Made by a program: the position numbers and the translations under genes. This document shows, piece after piece, positions 13,159-25,542 of a DNA stretch of 64,000 bases (the stretch's first letter is position 1; each line of letters opens with the position of its first letter). A model generated the notes under the pieces. It saw nothing but the letters and a program-made list of their open reading frames with translations. It did no database searches and was not told where the DNA came from. Location: assembly GCF_056746865.1 (NCBI RefSeq), contig NZ_CM163382.1; one strand, given 5' to 3'.

Positions 13159-14304
13159 ATGAAGATTGTCATTGCGCCAGACTCGTTTAAAGAGAGCTTA
13201 AGTGCAGAAAAATGTTGTCAGGCAATTAAAGCCGGGTTTTCGACCCTCTTTCCCGATGCGAACTATATCTGTTTGCCGATAGCGGATGGCGGCGAAGGGA
13301 CGGTGGATGCGATGGTCGCCGCGACGGGCGGCAACATCGTGACGCTTGAAGTCTGCGGGCCGATGGGCGAAAAAGTGAATGCTTTTTATGGCCTTACCGG
13401 CGACGGGAAAACAGCGGTGATTGAGATGGCGGCAGCAAGTGGTCTGATGCTGGTCGCGCCTGAAAAGCGTAATCCGTTGCTGGCCTCCAGTTTTGGTACG
13501 GGGGAGTTAATTCGTCATGCGCTGGATAACGGCATTCGCCATATTATTCTCGGCATAGGCGGCAGTGCGACGGTCGACGGTGGTATGGGCATGGCGCAGG
13601 CGCTTGGTGTGCGTTTCCTTGATGCCGACGGTCAGGTGCTGGCGGCTAACGGCGGCAATTTAGCACGCGTGGCAAGTATTGAGATGGATGAATGCGATCC
13701 GCGTCTGGCGAACTGCCATATTGAAGTAGCATGTGATGTTGATAACCCGCTGGTGGGGCCACGCGGTGCGGCGGCGGTGTTTGGTCCGCAAAAAGGGGCA
13801 ACGCCGGAAATGGTCGAAGAGCTGGAGCAGGGACTGCAAAATTACGCCCGTGTTTTACAACAGCAAACTGAAATCAACGTCTGCCAGATGGCGGGCGGCG
13901 GCGCGGCGGGCGGGATGGGCATTGCGGCGGCGGTATTCCTCAATGCGGATATTAAACCGGGTATTGAGATTGTACTGCGGGCGGTCAACCTGGAGCAGGC
14001 GGTGCAGGGCGCAGCGCTGGTGATCACCGGGGAAGGGCGCATCGACTCGCAAACGGCAGGCGGTAAAGCACCGCTGGGCGTGGCGTCGGTGGCGAAGCAG
14101 TTTAATGTCCCGGTGATTGGGATTGCTGGCGTATTGGGTGATGGCGTGGAAGTGGTGCACCAGTACGGCATTGACGCGGTGTTCAGCATTTTGCCACGTC
14201 TGGCACCTTTAGCCGAAGTGCTCGCCAGCGGTGAAACCAATCTCTTCAACAGCGCACGAAATATTGCCTGCGCCATTAAAATAGGTCAGGGAATTAAAAA
14301 CTGA
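13159..14304 (+). CDS. glxK: Glycerate 2-kinase
   Basis: 381 aa from ATG 13159 ([14 protein letters not shown]...); glycerate kinase family. Confidence 0.9.
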   Translation: MKIVIAPDSFKESLSAEKCCQAIKAGFSTLFPDANYICLPIADGGEGTVDAMVAATGGNIVTLEVCGPMGEKVNAFYGLTGDGKTAVIEMAAASGLMLVAPEKRNPLLASSFGTGELIRHALDNGIRHIILGIGGSATVDGGMGMAQALGVRFLDADGQVLAANGGNLARVASIEMDECDPRLANCHIEVACDVDNPLVGPRGAAAVFGPQKGATPEMVEELEQGLQNYARVLQQQTEINVCQMAGGGAAGGMGIAAAVFLNADIKPGIEIVLRAVNLEQAVQGAALVITGEGRIDSQTAGGKAPLGVASVAKQFNVPVIGIAGVLGDGVEVVHQYGIDAVFSILPRLAPLAEVLASGETNLFNSARNIACAIKIGQGIKN

Positions 14305-14316
14305 CTCTTGCCATTA

Positions 14317-14347
14317 GAGCGGATGCATTTTATCCCGCATCCGTTTT
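14317..14347 (+). terminator. Rho-independent terminator after glxK
   Basis: gcggatgc...gcatccg hairpin followed by T-tract. Confidence 0.6.
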
Positions 14348-14433
14348 TTACCTGAATTTACCGCAAAAAAAGCCACGGTATAAACCGTGGCAAAATCCAA
14401 CATAGCTAAAAATAATCAGGCGAGTGGTATGAC

Positions 14434-15219
14434 TTAAATCTCTACGTCGCGGTTGCAATCTTTCGAGTAAATATAACTAAACGCTTCACCACGCCCTACG
14501 CCATAACCGGCCTGTAAGGAATAAGCGCCCATGAAGATGTAATCGCCTTTTTTCACCGGGATCCAGTTATTGTCGAGGTTATAAACCCCCTGACCGGAAA
14601 GAATATAGGCACCGTGTTCCTGGACGTGAGTTTCGATATAACCGTGGCTGGCACCTGGCGCAAAAGAGAGGATATGCATGTTCATATCAAAACCTAACTC
14701 TTTGGGCAGAAAATCTAGCAGAATAACATCGTCCATGCCTTCATAATGAATGCGTTCGAGTTCGCTGGCATTGCCAGAAACCAGCCACGGTGCATGGCCT
14801 TCTACCGGAACATAGCGGCGCTTATATAAAAAGATTTGGCTGTCTTCGGCCTGGGCGTTAACAAACGTCATTAAGGAGCCTGGTGGGCAATAAAGATAGC
14901 CACCTTCGCTTAAGGCAAATGTTTTGCCTTCAGCTTTGGCAGTGATATTTCCAGAGATCACATACAGGAACGTTTCAATGCCTTCGCCACCGAAGCCCTG
15001 TTGGTTGCCACCGTTTTGATGCAGTGTGACCAGATAATCAACAAAAGAGGCACCCAGCTTTGGCGTGGAGAGGATTGTCGCGTCACAATTTTCAAAGCCC
15101 GGAATAATATTTTTTACCAGACCATCCGGGGTTAAAAGTGCGAAATTACCGTGTTTAACAATCGCACGGTTAGCCAGTAAATCATCGCGGTAACCGGTGA
15201 CGTTATTTAAATATCCCAT
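14434..15219 (-). CDS. allE: (S)-ureidoglycine aminohydrolase (cupin)
   Basis: 261 aa; matches YlbA/AllE. Confidence 0.85.
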   Translation of the reverse strand: MGYLNNVTGYRDDLLANRAIVKHGNFALLTPDGLVKNIIPGFENCDATILSTPKLGASFVDYLVTLHQNGGNQQGFGGEGIETFLYVISGNITAKAEGKTFALSEGGYLYCPPGSLMTFVNAQAEDSQIFLYKRRYVPVEGHAPWLVSGNASELERIHYEGMDDVILLDFLPKELGFDMNMHILSFAPGASHGYIETHVQEHGAYILSGQGVYNLDNNWIPVKKGDYIFMGAYSLQAGYGVGRGEAFSYIYSKDCNRDVEI

Positions 15220-15229
15220 TTATGACTCC

Positions 15230-16465
15230 TTATTTCTGCCAGGCAAGTTGATAAAGCATGAGTGCCAACGTTTTGACCCCTTCGGCAAGGTCGGTAATAT
15301 TGGTGCGTTCCGCCGGGTTATGGCTGATCCCGTTGATGCTGGGGATAAAAATCATGCAGGTTGGTACGCGAGGCGCGAAAATTTGCGCGTCGTGCCCGGC
15401 ACCACTGTGCATCACCCGGTAATTCAGTTTTTCACTTTCACACAATTCTATCAGGGTGGCGACCAGTTCCTTGTTCATCGGCACGGGTTCTTCGTCCATC
15501 CATAAATCGATATCAATACCAATGTCCATTTCATCGCAAATCGCCCGCATGTCGTTTTCTAACTGTTGGGTGAAATCGCGCAGCACGGCAGCATCGGTAT
15601 GGCGACAATCAATGGTGAACGTGGTTTTACCCGGCACCACATTCACCGTATTCGGGCGCGGCTCCACCTTACCAAAGGTCAGCACCAGCGGGTCGCCCAT
15701 CTTTTTCGCTTTTTCGACAGACTGATGGCAAATGCGACTGAAAGCGTAAACCGTATCACGACGATAACCCATCGGCGTGGTGCCTGCATGGTTTGATTCG
15801 CCGTTCAGCGTCACCGTATAGCGACGCTGCCCGACAATTGCATTCACCACGCCAATTGATTGACCATTACTTTCCAGCACACAGCCCTGTTCGATATGCA
15901 GTTCGACAAAGGCTTTAATATCCTGACGCGGAGTTAGTGGGGCGTTCGGCAGAGTAAATCCGCAAGCCTTCATCGCATCGACAAAACTATTTCCTTTGGC
16001 ATCACAGATATTCCGCACGTCGTCAGGATTCGCCAGCCCAAAGATATTTTTACTGCCCCAGAAGACATACGGGAAGCGGCTGCCTTCTTCTTCTGCCATC
16101 GCCACCACTTCGACCGTACGTAACGGCGCGCCGTATTGCGTTTTCAGCCAGTCAATTGCCAGCCACGCCGCCAGCGCGCCGAATTGCCCGTCGAGGTTAC
16201 CGCCGTTAACCACGGTATCGATATGCGAACCGCTCAGAACCACTTCTTGTGGATATTCGGTGCCACTCAGGCGACCATATAAATTCCCCACTTCATCGAA
16301 ACGTGTTTCCAGCCCGCTTGCTGCCATTCTTTTTTTAAATTGCTGCTGAGTTTCCAGCCATTCCGGCGAATAAAGTAAACGGGTCATCCCACCCGTTGGG
16401 TCAGCGCCAAAAGAGGAAAGCCAGGGCAGCGTTTCTTCTATGGCTTGACGGAAATGTGTAATCAT
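15230..16465 (-). CDS. allC: Allantoate amidohydrolase (M20 peptidase family)
   Basis: 411 aa from MITHFRQAIEE...; the track ORF is 6 codons longer. Confidence 0.88.
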   Translation of the reverse strand: MITHFRQAIEETLPWLSSFGADPTGGMTRLLYSPEWLETQQQFKKRMAASGLETRFDEVGNLYGRLSGTEYPQEVVLSGSHIDTVVNGGNLDGQFGALAAWLAIDWLKTQYGAPLRTVEVVAMAEEEGSRFPYVFWGSKNIFGLANPDDVRNICDAKGNSFVDAMKACGFTLPNAPLTPRQDIKAFVELHIEQGCVLESNGQSIGVVNAIVGQRRYTVTLNGESNHAGTTPMGYRRDTVYAFSRICHQSVEKAKKMGDPLVLTFGKVEPRPNTVNVVPGKTTFTIDCRHTDAAVLRDFTQQLENDMRAICDEMDIGIDIDLWMDEEPVPMNKELVATLIELCESEKLNYRVMHSGAGHDAQIFAPRVPTCMIFIPSINGISHNPAERTNITDLAEGVKTLALMLYQLAWQK

Positions 16466-16486
16466 AAGAAAGTCCTGTCTCAATAA

Positions 16487-17536
16487 TTATTGCGCAAAGG
16501 GATTTTTCGTTTCGTATGACGTGTTATAAAGCGCGTCAGAAATTAAATACTGGTAAATATCATCAACAATTTCGATGCCTTCGACGGCGGCTTTGCGTTG
16601 TTTAATATCCTGATCCTGTCCGGGATAATAAACCTGGTTAAAACCGGGCGCGGGGGTTATGGCATTTAATTCGCGCATGGTCTGGCTAAGATGTTGACGG
16701 AATAGTTCGCTGGAGGAGAAAAAGTTCGGGTTAATAACGATATGTAATTGCCCCAAATTACGCCCGGCGTGTAAATCGTCATACATCGAACTAACCTGTC
16801 GCCCGAACGGTAAGCCGAGTAAGACGCCTGAGAGGACGTCAATCATCATCATCAGGCCATACCCTTTCGGTCCGGCGGCAGGGAGCAGGGCGTTAACTGC
16901 AAATGGATCGGTTGTTGGTGCTCCGTTTTTATCGACCGCCCAGGTATCCGGGATAGACATATTACGCGAGCGGGCGTCGAGCACTTTTCCCCATGCCTGT
17001 ACGGTAGTCGCCATATCAAAGGTAAGGATCTCGTCGCCTTCTCCCGGCGCGGCAAAGGCCAGTGGGTTAGTACCGTAGTAAATTTCCGCGCCGCCAAACG
17101 GCACCACCATTGGATCGGACTGGCACATCGAAATGCCAATTAATCCTGCGCGGGCTGCCTGCTGCACAAAATAAGAGATTGCGCCGCTGTGACCCATCCG
17201 GCTGATACCGACCACCGCAACGCCATTTTGCTGGGCGGTTTTGATGGCATGTTCCATACCCATTTTCGCCGCGACCTGTCCGGCAGCATTGTCGGCATGT
17301 AAAATTGCCGAACACGGCCCGGTTTCTTCAAGACGAAATTCCGGTTCACGGTTGGTGCCGCCTTTTGAAATGCGTTCCGCGTAGTATTCCACGCGCACCG
17401 CGCCATGAGAGTGGATCCCTCTGGCATCGGCGTAAACCAATACTTCAGCCACGGTTGCAGCGTGCTCACGTTTTAACCCAGCCTGGCAGAGTTTATTCTC
17501 GATTAGCTGGCGGAGTGTTTCCCGACTGATTTTCAT
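16487..17536 (-). CDS. allD: Ureidoglycolate dehydrogenase
   Basis: 349 aa; Ldh_2 (malate/L-lactate dehydrogenase-like) family. Confidence 0.88.
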   Translation of the reverse strand: MKISRETLRQLIENKLCQAGLKREHAATVAEVLVYADARGIHSHGAVRVEYYAERISKGGTNREPEFRLEETGPCSAILHADNAAGQVAAKMGMEHAIKTAQQNGVAVVGISRMGHSGAISYFVQQAARAGLIGISMCQSDPMVVPFGGAEIYYGTNPLAFAAPGEGDEILTFDMATTVQAWGKVLDARSRNMSIPDTWAVDKNGAPTTDPFAVNALLPAAGPKGYGLMMMIDVLSGVLLGLPFGRQVSSMYDDLHAGRNLGQLHIVINPNFFSSSELFRQHLSQTMRELNAITPAPGFNQVYYPGQDQDIKQRKAAVEGIEIVDDIYQYLISDALYNTSYETKNPFAQ

Positions 17537-17852
17537 CTGTCTTCCTTTTTAACGACGGTGTGAAGCATGACTGCAATTAACATACAGGGAAAATATCTGG
17601 ATTATGTGATCCAGACAGGCAAAAAAATATAGTTAGAATTTATTTGATAATCCGCTCGCTTTTAACCTGGTTTTTAAAACAACCACGCTTATTAAAAAAT
17701 AACACGTAATAGCATGGCGGTTATTTGAATTCTTTTGTTAATAATCCCTGTGTGATATTCATCACCTTATTTTCCCGTTCTCATCGATACCGTAATCGCC
17801 ACATTAACACTGCTCGTGCAATTGCCATGGGTGCAATTTTTAAGGAGTTGTT

Positions 17853-19520
17853 ATGATCCACGCCTTTATTAAAAAAGGGTGTTTTCAGGATTCTGTCAGT
17901 TTAATGATTATTTCACGAAAACTCAGCGAATCAGAAAATGTTGATGATGTTTCCGTAATGATGGGTACGCCCGCCAATAAAGCGTTATTAGATACCACAG
18001 GTTTCTGGCATGACGATTTTAATAACGCCACGCCGAACGATATTTGCGTGGCAATTCGTAGCGAAGCGGCGGATGCGGGGATCGCGCAGGCGATTATGCA
18101 ACAGCTTGAAGAGGCGCTAAAACAACTGGCGCAGGGTTCAGGCAGCAGCCAGGCGTTGACGCAGGTGCGTCGCTGGGACAGTGCCTGTCAGAAATTACCC
18201 GATGCCAGTCTGGCGCTGATTTCAGTGGCTGGCGAGTATGCGGCGGAGCTGGCTAATCAGGCGCTGGATCGCAACCTCAACGTGATGATGTTCTCCGATA
18301 ACGTCACGCTGGAAGATGAAATCCAGCTCAAAACCCGCGCACGCGATAAAGGCTTGCTGGTGATGGGGCCGGACTGCGGTACGTCGATGATTGCCGCCAC
18401 GCCGCTGGCTTTTGCTAACGTGATGCCGGAAGGCAATATTGGCGTCATTGGCGCTTCCGGTACCGGGATTCAGGAGCTGTGTTCGCAGATTGCGCTGGCA
18501 GGTGAGGGAATTACCCACGCGATTGGTCTTGGCGGGCGCGACCTCAGCCGTGAAGTGGGCGGCATCAGTGCGCTAACGGCGCTGGAAATGTTAAGCGCCG
18601 ACGCGAAAAGCGAAGTGCTGGCATTTGTTTCAAAACCACCTGCCGAAGCTGTGCGTCTGAAAATTGTTAATGCCATGAAAGCAACCGGCAAACCGACGGT
18701 GGCGCTGTTTTTAGGTTATACCCCGGCGGTGGCCCGCGACGAGAATGTCTGGTTTGCCTCCTCGCTTGATGAGGCCGCACGCCTGGCTTGCCTGCTTTCA
18801 CGCGTCACGGCGCGACGTAACGCAATAGCACCTGTCAGCAGCGGATTTATTTGCGGTTTGTATACCGGCGGTACGCTGGCTGCTGAAGCGGCGGGATTAC
18901 TTGCCGGACACCTTGGCGTGGAAGCCGACGATACCCATCAACATGGCATGATGCTCGACGCCGACGGACATCAGATCCTCGACCTGGGCGATGATTTTTA
19001 CACCGTCGGGCGTCCCCATCCGATGATCGACCCGACCTTACGCAACCTGTTAATTGCCGATCTCGGCGCTAAACCGCAAGTGCGCGTGTTGCTGCTTGAT
19101 GTCGTGATTGGCTTCGGTGCGACTGCCGATCCTGCCGCCTCGCTGGTGAGCGCCTGGCAAAAAGCCTGTGCCGCGCGTCCAGACAATCAACCACTGTATG
19201 CCATTGCCACGGTGACAGGCACCGAACGTGACCCGCAATGCCGCTCGCAACAAATCGCCACGCTGGAAGATGCGGGGATCGCGGTCGTGAGTTCGCTGCC
19301 GGAAGCCACCTTGCTGGCGGCAGCGTTAATTCATCCGCTCTCGCCTGCCACACAGCAACACACACCGTCATTACTGGAAAACGTCGCCGTGATTAACATC
19401 GGATTACGCAGCTTTGCGCTGGCGCTACAAAGCGCCAGCAAACCGGTTGTGCATTACCAATGGTCGCCAGTCGCCGGCGGCAATAAAAAACTGGCTCGTT
19501 TATTAGAACGTTTGCAATAA
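17853..19520 (+). CDS. fdrA: FdrA protein (CoA-ligase/succinyl-CoA-synthetase-like fold)
   Basis: 555 aa; recognised as FdrA. Confidence 0.85.
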   Translation: MIHAFIKKGCFQDSVSLMIISRKLSESENVDDVSVMMGTPANKALLDTTGFWHDDFNNATPNDICVAIRSEAADAGIAQAIMQQLEEALKQLAQGSGSSQALTQVRRWDSACQKLPDASLALISVAGEYAAELANQALDRNLNVMMFSDNVTLEDEIQLKTRARDKGLLVMGPDCGTSMIAATPLAFANVMPEGNIGVIGASGTGIQELCSQIALAGEGITHAIGLGGRDLSREVGGISALTALEMLSADAKSEVLAFVSKPPAEAVRLKIVNAMKATGKPTVALFLGYTPAVARDENVWFASSLDEAARLACLLSRVTARRNAIAPVSSGFICGLYTGGTLAAEAAGLLAGHLGVEADDTHQHGMMLDADGHQILDLGDDFYTVGRPHPMIDPTLRNLLIADLGAKPQVRVLLLDVVIGFGATADPAASLVSAWQKACAARPDNQPLYAIATVTGTERDPQCRSQQIATLEDAGIAVVSSLPEATLLAAALIHPLSPATQQHTPSLLENVAVINIGLRSFALALQSASKPVVHYQWSPVAGGNKKLARLLERLQ

Positions 19521-19529
19521 GGGGTTCCC

Positions 19530-20789
19530 ATGTTTACATCAGTGGCGCAAGCCAATGCTGCGGTTATCGAACAAATTCGTCGTGCTCGTCCACACTGGCT
19601 GGATGTGCAACCGGCTTCTTCACTTATCAGCGAACTAAACGAGGGCAAAACACTGCTTCACGCCGGGCCGCCAATGTGCTGGCAGGAGATGACCGGACCC
19701 ATGAAAGGGGCATGTGTGGGCGCATGTCTGTTTGAAGGCTGGGCGAAAGATGAAGCGCAGGCGCTGGCAATGCTGGATCAGGGGGAAGTGAACTTCATTC
19801 CTTGTCACCATGTGAATGCCGTCGGGCCAATGGGCGGCATTACTTCTGCCAGTATGCCGATGCTGGTGGTCGAGAACGTGACCGACGGCAACCGGGCGTA
19901 CTGCAACCTCAACGAAGGTATCGGCAAAGTGATGCGTTTTGGCGCTTACGGCGAAGATGTCCTGACTCGCCATCGCTGGATGCGCGATGTGTTAATGCCA
20001 GTATTAAGCGCGGCGCTGGGGCGCATGGAGCGCGGTATCGATCTCACCGCGATGATGGCGCAGGGCATTACCATGGGCGATGAGTTCCATCAACGCAATA
20101 TTGCTTCCTCAGCACTGTTAATGCGTACGCTGGCCCCACAAATTGCTCGCCTCGATCATGATAAACAGCACATTGCGGAAGTGATGGATTTCCTCAGCGT
20201 GACCGATCAGTTCTTCCTCAACCTCGCGATGGCCTACTGCAAGGCGGCGATGGATGCTGGCGCGATGATCCGCTCAGGCAGCATCGTCACGGCTATGACC
20301 CGCAACGGCAATATGTTCGGGATTCGGGTCAGCGGGCTGGGCGAACGCTGGTTTACTGCGCCTGTAAACACTCCCCAAGGTCTGTTTTTCACCGGTTTCT
20401 CGCAGGAGCAGGCGAACCCGGATATGGGCGATAGCGCAATTACCGAAACCTTTGGTATTGGCGGAGCGGCGATGATCGCAGCGCCTGGCGTAACGCGCTT
20501 TGTCGGTGCGGGTGGCATGGAAGCGGCCAGAGCGGTATCTGAAGAGATGGCGGAAATCTTCCTTGAACGCAATATGCAGTTGCAGATCCCCGGCTGGGAT
20601 TTTCAGGGCGCGTGCCTGGGGCTGGATATTCGTCGCGTGGTAGAAACCGGCATTACGCCACTCATCAATACCGGTATCGCCCATAAAGAGGCGGGGATCG
20701 GGCAGATTGGCGCAGGCACTGTGCGGGCACCGCTGGCGTGCTTTGAACAGGCGCTGGAAGCACTGGCTGAAAGCATGGGGATTGGTTGA
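19530..20789 (+). CDS. ylbE: DUF1116 protein, apparently intact
   Basis: 419 aa uninterrupted ORF; synteny fdrA-ylbE-ylbF. Confidence 0.8.
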   Translation: MFTSVAQANAAVIEQIRRARPHWLDVQPASSLISELNEGKTLLHAGPPMCWQEMTGPMKGACVGACLFEGWAKDEAQALAMLDQGEVNFIPCHHVNAVGPMGGITSASMPMLVVENVTDGNRAYCNLNEGIGKVMRFGAYGEDVLTRHRWMRDVLMPVLSAALGRMERGIDLTAMMAQGITMGDEFHQRNIASSALLMRTLAPQIARLDHDKQHIAEVMDFLSVTDQFFLNLAMAYCKAAMDAGAMIRSGSIVTAMTRNGNMFGIRVSGLGERWFTAPVNTPQGLFFTGFSQEQANPDMGDSAITETFGIGGAAMIAAPGVTRFVGAGGMEAARAVSEEMAEIFLERNMQLQIPGWDFQGACLGLDIRRVVETGITPLINTGIAHKEAGIGQIGAGTVRAPLACFEQALEALAESMGIG

Positions 20790-20799
20790 GGAACGCACA

Positions 20800-21615
20800 A
20801 TGACGATCATCCATCCTCTGCTTGCCAGCCGTAGTGCACCGAATTATCGCCAGTCCTGGCGGTTAGCGGGCGTGTGGCGGCGGGCGATTAACCTGATGAC
20901 GGAAAGCGGTGAATTGTTAACACTGCATCGTCAGGGTAGTGGTTTCGGCCCCGGAGGATGGGTGCTTCGCCGCGCGCAATTCGATGCGTTATGCGGTGGA
21001 TTATGCGGCAATGAACAACCGCAGGTTGTGGCACAAGGGATTCGCCTCGGACGTTTCACGGTTAAACAGCCACAGCGTTATTGTTTGCTGCGTATTACGC
21101 CGCCTGCGCATCCTCAACCGCTTGCAGCTGCATGGATGCAACGCGCGGAGGAAACCGGGCTTTTCGGGCCACTGGCGTTGGCGGCAGGCGATCCGCTTCC
21201 TGCTGAATTACGCCAGTTTCGCCACTGTTTTCAGGCCGCGCTCAATGGCGTGAAGACCGACTGGCGGCACTGGCTGGGCAAAGGTCCGGGATTAACGCCG
21301 AGTCATGATGACACGCTGAGCGGAATGCTGCTGGCGGCCTGGTATTATGGCGCTTTAGATACGCGCTCCGGTCGCCAGTTTTTTGCCTGTTCCGACAATC
21401 TTCAACTCGTTACCACAGCGGTGAGCGTCAGTTATTTACGTTATGCCGCGCAAGGATATTTCGCCTCGCCACTCCTGCACTTTGTCCATGCTCTGAGTTG
21501 CCCGAAACGTACCGCTGTTGCGATTGATTCGCTGCTGGCGCTGGGGCATACGTCAGGGGCAGATACGCTGCTGGGGTTCTGGCTTGGTCAACAATTATTA
21601 CAAGGAAAACCATGA
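20800..21615 (+). CDS. ylbF: Uncharacterized protein YlbF (DUF2877-like)
   Basis: 271 aa from ATG 20800 ([12 protein letters not shown]...); track ORF from 20707 overlaps ylbE and is likely overextended. Confidence 0.75.
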   Translation: MTIIHPLLASRSAPNYRQSWRLAGVWRRAINLMTESGELLTLHRQGSGFGPGGWVLRRAQFDALCGGLCGNEQPQVVAQGIRLGRFTVKQPQRYCLLRITPPAHPQPLAAAWMQRAEETGLFGPLALAAGDPLPAELRQFRHCFQAALNGVKTDWRHWLGKGPGLTPSHDDTLSGMLLAAWYYGALDTRSGRQFFACSDNLQLVTTAVSVSYLRYAAQGYFASPLLHFVHALSCPKRTAVAIDSLLALGHTSGADTLLGFWLGQQLLQGKP

Positions 21616-22505
21616 AAACACTGGTTGTGGCTCTTGGGGGCAACGCCTTACTCCAGCGCGGTGAGGCGCTGACGGCGGAAAATCAATATCGCAATATCGC
21701 CAGTGCTGTACCCGCGCTGGCACGCCTGGCCCGTTCTTATCGGCTGGCGATTGTTCACGGCAACGGGCCGCAGGTGGGGCTGCTGGCATTGCAGAATCTG
21801 GCGTGGAAAGAAGTGGAACCGTATCCGCTGGATGTGCTGGTGGCGGAAAGCCAGGGGATGATTGGCTATATGCTGGCGCAGAGCTTGAGCGCACAGCCGC
21901 AGATGCCGCCTGTCACGACGGTGCTGACGCGCATTGAAGTTTCGCCTGATGATCCGGCATTTTTACAGCCAGAGAAGTTTATCGGTCCGGTTTATCAGCC
22001 AGAAGAACAAAAGGCACTGGAAGCGGCTTACGGCTGGCAGATGAAACGTGATGGTAAATACTTGCGCCGGGTGGTGGCGTCTCCGCAACCGCGTAAAATT
22101 CTCGACAGCGAAGCCATCGAGTTGTTGCTCAAAGAGGGGCATGTGGTGATTTGCAGTGGTGGTGGCGGTGTGCCTGTGACGGACGACGGAGCAGGGAGCG
22201 AAGCAGTGATTGATAAAGATCTCGCCGCTGCGTTGCTCGCCGAGCAGATTAACGCCGATGGGCTGGTGATCCTCACCGATGCTGACGCGGTTTATGAAAA
22301 CTGGGGAACGCCGCAGCAACGCGCCATTCGCCGTGCCACACCGGATGAGTTAGCGCCATTTGCCAAAGCCGATGGTTCGATGGGGCCGAAGGTAACGGCG
22401 GTGAGTGGCTATGTCAGAAGCCGTGGCAAACCTGCGTGGATTGGGGCGTTATCGCGGATTGAAGAGACGCTGGCGGGCGAAGCGGGGACCTGTATTTCGC
22501 TGTAG
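21612..22505 (+). CDS. ybcF: Carbamate kinase-like protein
   Basis: 297 aa; amino-acid-kinase fold ([13 protein letters not shown]...); start overlaps ylbF stop. Confidence 0.85.
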   Translation: MKTLVVALGGNALLQRGEALTAENQYRNIASAVPALARLARSYRLAIVHGNGPQVGLLALQNLAWKEVEPYPLDVLVAESQGMIGYMLAQSLSAQPQMPPVTTVLTRIEVSPDDPAFLQPEKFIGPVYQPEEQKALEAAYGWQMKRDGKYLRRVVASPQPRKILDSEAIELLLKEGHVVICSGGGGVPVTDDGAGSEAVIDKDLAAALLAEQINADGLVILTDADAVYENWGTPQQRAIRRATPDELAPFAKADGSMGPKVTAVSGYVRSRGKPAWIGALSRIEETLAGEAGTCISL

Positions 22506-22509
22506 TCGT

Positions 22510-22620
22510 AGGCATTAGACATTTGTGCCTGATGCGACGCTTGACGCGTCTTATCAGGCCTACAATGGGTACCGGAGCGTTAAGCCGGATAAGGCGTTCA
22601 CGCCGAATCCGGTAAGAATA
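22510..22620. repeat. REP/BIME palindromic units
   Basis: gcctgatgcgacgcttgacgcgtcttatcaggcctac ... gccggataaggcgttcacgccgaatccggtaag. Confidence 0.7.
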
Positions 22621-22631
22621 TGTGCACCAGG

Positions 22632-23699
22632 TTAACTGAACTTACTCTGCGCCCAAATCACGCCGCTGGCATACTCTGGCGGCAGCAGCGGGATTAAGGC
22701 TTCCAGCGTCGCGGTCAGACGCGATGTGTCGCTGTCGGTCAAATTCAGATGCCCCACTTTACGGCCCGGACGGACTTCTTTGTCGTACCAGTGCAGATGC
22801 ACCAGCGGCAATTTCAGCCAGTCATAATTCACATCGCTACCAATCAGGTTGATCATCACCGACGGACTATTCACTACCGGTTGCGGTAACGGCAGATCGG
22901 TAATCGCCCGCAGATGCAGCTCAAACTGGCTGATGCTGGCACCGTTTTGTGTCCAGTGACCGCTGTTATGCACACGCGGAGCCAGTTCGTTGATCAGCAG
23001 ACCTTGCGGGGTGACAAAACACTCCATCGCCATCACGCCCACATAGCCCAGCTCCTGCATAATCGCCGACAGCATCTCTTCGGCTTGCGCTTGCTGCTGC
23101 GCATTGGCCTGCGGGAAAGCGACGCTGGTACGCAAAATACCGTCCTGATGCAGGTTATGCGTCAGCGGATAAAACACGGTGCTACCATCAAAGCCGCGCG
23201 CGCCAACCAGCGACACTTCGCCAGAGAAGTTAATGCCCTGCTCGACAATACATTCGCCGTAACACTCTGCCGGTAACTGTTCGGTTTCATCGGCACGTAA
23301 ACGCCATTGACCGCGACCGTCATAGCCACCAGTGCGACGCTTAACAATCGCCAGCTCACCTAAACGATCAAACACCGCAGGCCACTCGCTGCGATCGGCA
23401 AGTAACTGCCACGGTGCGGTCGGCAGGTGGAGCTTATCGAAAAGCTGTTTCTGAGTCAGACGGTCGGCAATAATCGGGAACACATCGCGGTTCACAAAGG
23501 CCGGATGGCGCGCCAGTTCGCGGGTTAATGCGGTTTCCGGCCAGCGTTCGATCTCAGCGGTAATCACGCTTTGTTGAAAAGGCACCGCCGCCGGTTCAGC
23601 GTCCAGTCCGACCGGCCAGACAGCAATGCCTAACGGTTCGCCTGCCTGACGCAGCATACGGCCTAACTGCCCGTTACCGAGGACGCAAACCTGTTTCAT
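22632..23699 (-). CDS. purK: N5-carboxyaminoimidazole ribonucleotide synthase
   Basis: 355 aa; ATP-grasp; start overlaps purE stop. Confidence 0.92.
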   Translation of the reverse strand: MKQVCVLGNGQLGRMLRQAGEPLGIAVWPVGLDAEPAAVPFQQSVITAEIERWPETALTRELARHPAFVNRDVFPIIADRLTQKQLFDKLHLPTAPWQLLADRSEWPAVFDRLGELAIVKRRTGGYDGRGQWRLRADETEQLPAECYGECIVEQGINFSGEVSLVGARGFDGSTVFYPLTHNLHQDGILRTSVAFPQANAQQQAQAEEMLSAIMQELGYVGVMAMECFVTPQGLLINELAPRVHNSGHWTQNGASISQFELHLRAITDLPLPQPVVNSPSVMINLIGSDVNYDWLKLPLVHLHWYDKEVRPGRKVGHLNLTDSDTSRLTATLEALIPLLPPEYASGVIWAQSKFS

Positions 23700-24205
23700 G
23701 CCGCACCTCGCGGGTCCGGGTTTTCCAGCACTTCATCAGTTTGTGCTTTGCGCCAGTCATTCAGACGCTGGTGCAGTTCTTTATCATGAGTCGCAAGAAT
23801 TTGTGCTGCCAGTAATGCCGCGTTTGCCGCGCCAGCTTTACCAATCGCCAGCGTACCCACCGGAATGCCGCGTGGCATTTGTACGATGGAGTAGAGGCTA
23901 TCGACACCGCTCAGTGCGGCGCTCTGTACTGGCACGCCCAGCACCGGCACCAGCGTTTTGGCGGCAATCATACCTGGCAGGTGCGCTGCGCCGCCTGCGC
24001 CCGCAATAATCACCTGATAACCGTTCTCTTCGGCGCTTTCGGCGAAGCTGAACAGTTTATCGGGGGTGCGGTGAGCAGAAACCACTTCAACGTGGTGCGG
24101 GACATTCAGGATTTCGAAGATTTCGGCGGCGAACTGCATGGTAGCCCAGTCGCTTTTGGACCCCATCACGATGGCGACACGCGCCGGATTATTGCGGGAA
24201 GACAT
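23696..24205 (-). CDS. purE: N5-CAIR mutase
   Basis: 169 aa from [16 protein letters not shown]... Confidence 0.92.
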   Translation of the reverse strand: MSSRNNPARVAIVMGSKSDWATMQFAAEIFEILNVPHHVEVVSAHRTPDKLFSFAESAEENGYQVIIAGAGGAAHLPGMIAAKTLVPVLGVPVQSAALSGVDSLYSIVQMPRGIPVGTLAIGKAGAANAALLAAQILATHDKELHQRLNDWRKAQTDEVLENPDPRGAA

Positions 24206-24322
24206 GCGTCTTAAAACTCCTGTGGTGCACAACTCTCGGCTTTAGAGGGCACAGAGAATAGCACGGAAAGAGAGCAAGGAAAACGGTTGCGTGGCTGTGA
24301 AATCAGCAAAGTTGCGGGTTTT

Positions 24323-25045
24323 TTAAAACGGAAAATGAATCAGCTCAACGTCATCCGCCGTGACTTTCACCATTGAACCTTCAGTATGCCAGGCTCCCAG
24401 CACGACGCGGAAAGCAGGTTGCTGATTGGCGATAAGTTCATGTACTGCCGGGCGATGGGTATGCCCGTGAATCAGCCATTGCACCTGATGTTTTTCCATC
24501 GCACTGACTACCGCGTTTTGGTTAACGTCCATGATCGCCAGCGATTTACTGCTGTTGGCTTCTTTGCTGTTCGCTCGCATTCGCGCGGCAATGCGTTTGC
24601 GCACAAACAACGGCAGGGCGAGGAATAGCGTTTGCAGCCAGGGTTTGTGGACTTTGGCGCGAAAAGCCTGATAACCGGCGTCATCGGTGCACAGCGTGTC
24701 GCCATGCATAATCAATACCCGGCGACCATACAGTTCGAGCACCTTTTCTTCCGGCAATAACGTCATGCCGCTTTCACGGGCAAAGCGTTTGCCGAGCAGA
24801 AAATCACGGTTGCCATGAATGAAATAACAGGGAACACCGGAATCGGACACCGCTTTGATCGCTGCCGCCATCTGGCGATGGAGTGGGTTGGGATCGTCGT
24901 CGCCAATCCACGCTTCAAACAGATCGCCAAGAATATACAGCGCGTCGGCCTTGCGGGCTTCCCCCGCTAAAAAACGCAGAAAACCGGCGGTGATCGCCGG
25001 TTCTTCCGCGCAGAGATGAAGATCTGCAATAAAGAGTGTCGCCAC
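24323..25045 (-). CDS. lpxH: UDP-2,3-diacylglucosamine hydrolase
   Basis: 240 aa; calcineurin-like phosphoesterase motifs (DLHL, GNRD, GHTH). Confidence 0.92.
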   Translation of the reverse strand: MATLFIADLHLCAEEPAITAGFLRFLAGEARKADALYILGDLFEAWIGDDDPNPLHRQMAAAIKAVSDSGVPCYFIHGNRDFLLGKRFARESGMTLLPEEKVLELYGRRVLIMHGDTLCTDDAGYQAFRAKVHKPWLQTLFLALPLFVRKRIAARMRANSKEANSSKSLAIMDVNQNAVVSAMEKHQVQWLIHGHTHRPAVHELIANQQPAFRVVLGAWHTEGSMVKVTADDVELIHFPF

Positions 25046-25047
25046 GA

Positions 25048-25542
25048 TTACTCGCTAACGGTCACGCTTTCAATGATAACGTCTTCTTTTGGCACGTCCT
25101 GGTGCATACCGCTACGACCGGTTGCAACACCTTTGATTTTGTCTACCACGTCCATGCCTTCAACCACTTCAGCAAACACGCAGTAGCCCCAACCTTGCAG
25201 GCTTTCGCCAGAGAAGTTCAGGAAGTCGTTATCAACCACGTTGATGAAGAACTGTGCAGTTGCAGAGTGCGGTGCCTGAGTACGGGCCATTGCCAGCGTA
25301 CCACGGGTATTTTTCAGACCGTTGTTGGCTTCGTTTTTGATCGGTTCTTTGGTGGCTTTTTGTTTCATACCCGGTTCAAAACCGCCGCCCTGAATCATAA
25401 AGCCGTTGATAACACGGTGGAAAATGGTGTTGTTGTAAAAACCTTCGCGGCAGTAGTCCAGGAAGTTTTTAACTGTTTCAGGTGCTTTATCGTCAAAAGT
25501 TTTGATGACAATATCGCCGTGATTGGTGTGGAAAGTAACCAT
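25048..25542 (-). CDS. ppiB: Peptidyl-prolyl cis-trans isomerase B (cyclophilin)
   Basis: 164 aa cyclophilin. Confidence 0.92.
   Translation of the reverse strand: MVTFHTNHGDIVIKTFDDKAPETVKNFLDYCREGFYNNTIFHRVINGFMIQGGGFEPGMKQKATKEPIKNEANNGLKNTRGTLAMARTQAPHSATAQFFINVVDNDFLNFSGESLQGWGYCVFAEVVEGMDVVDKIKGVATGRSGMHQDVPKEDVIIESVTVSE

Noticed and set aside
20274-20810. 178-aa ORF on the minus strand
   Set aside because: Antisense within ylbE; GC-rich shadow frame
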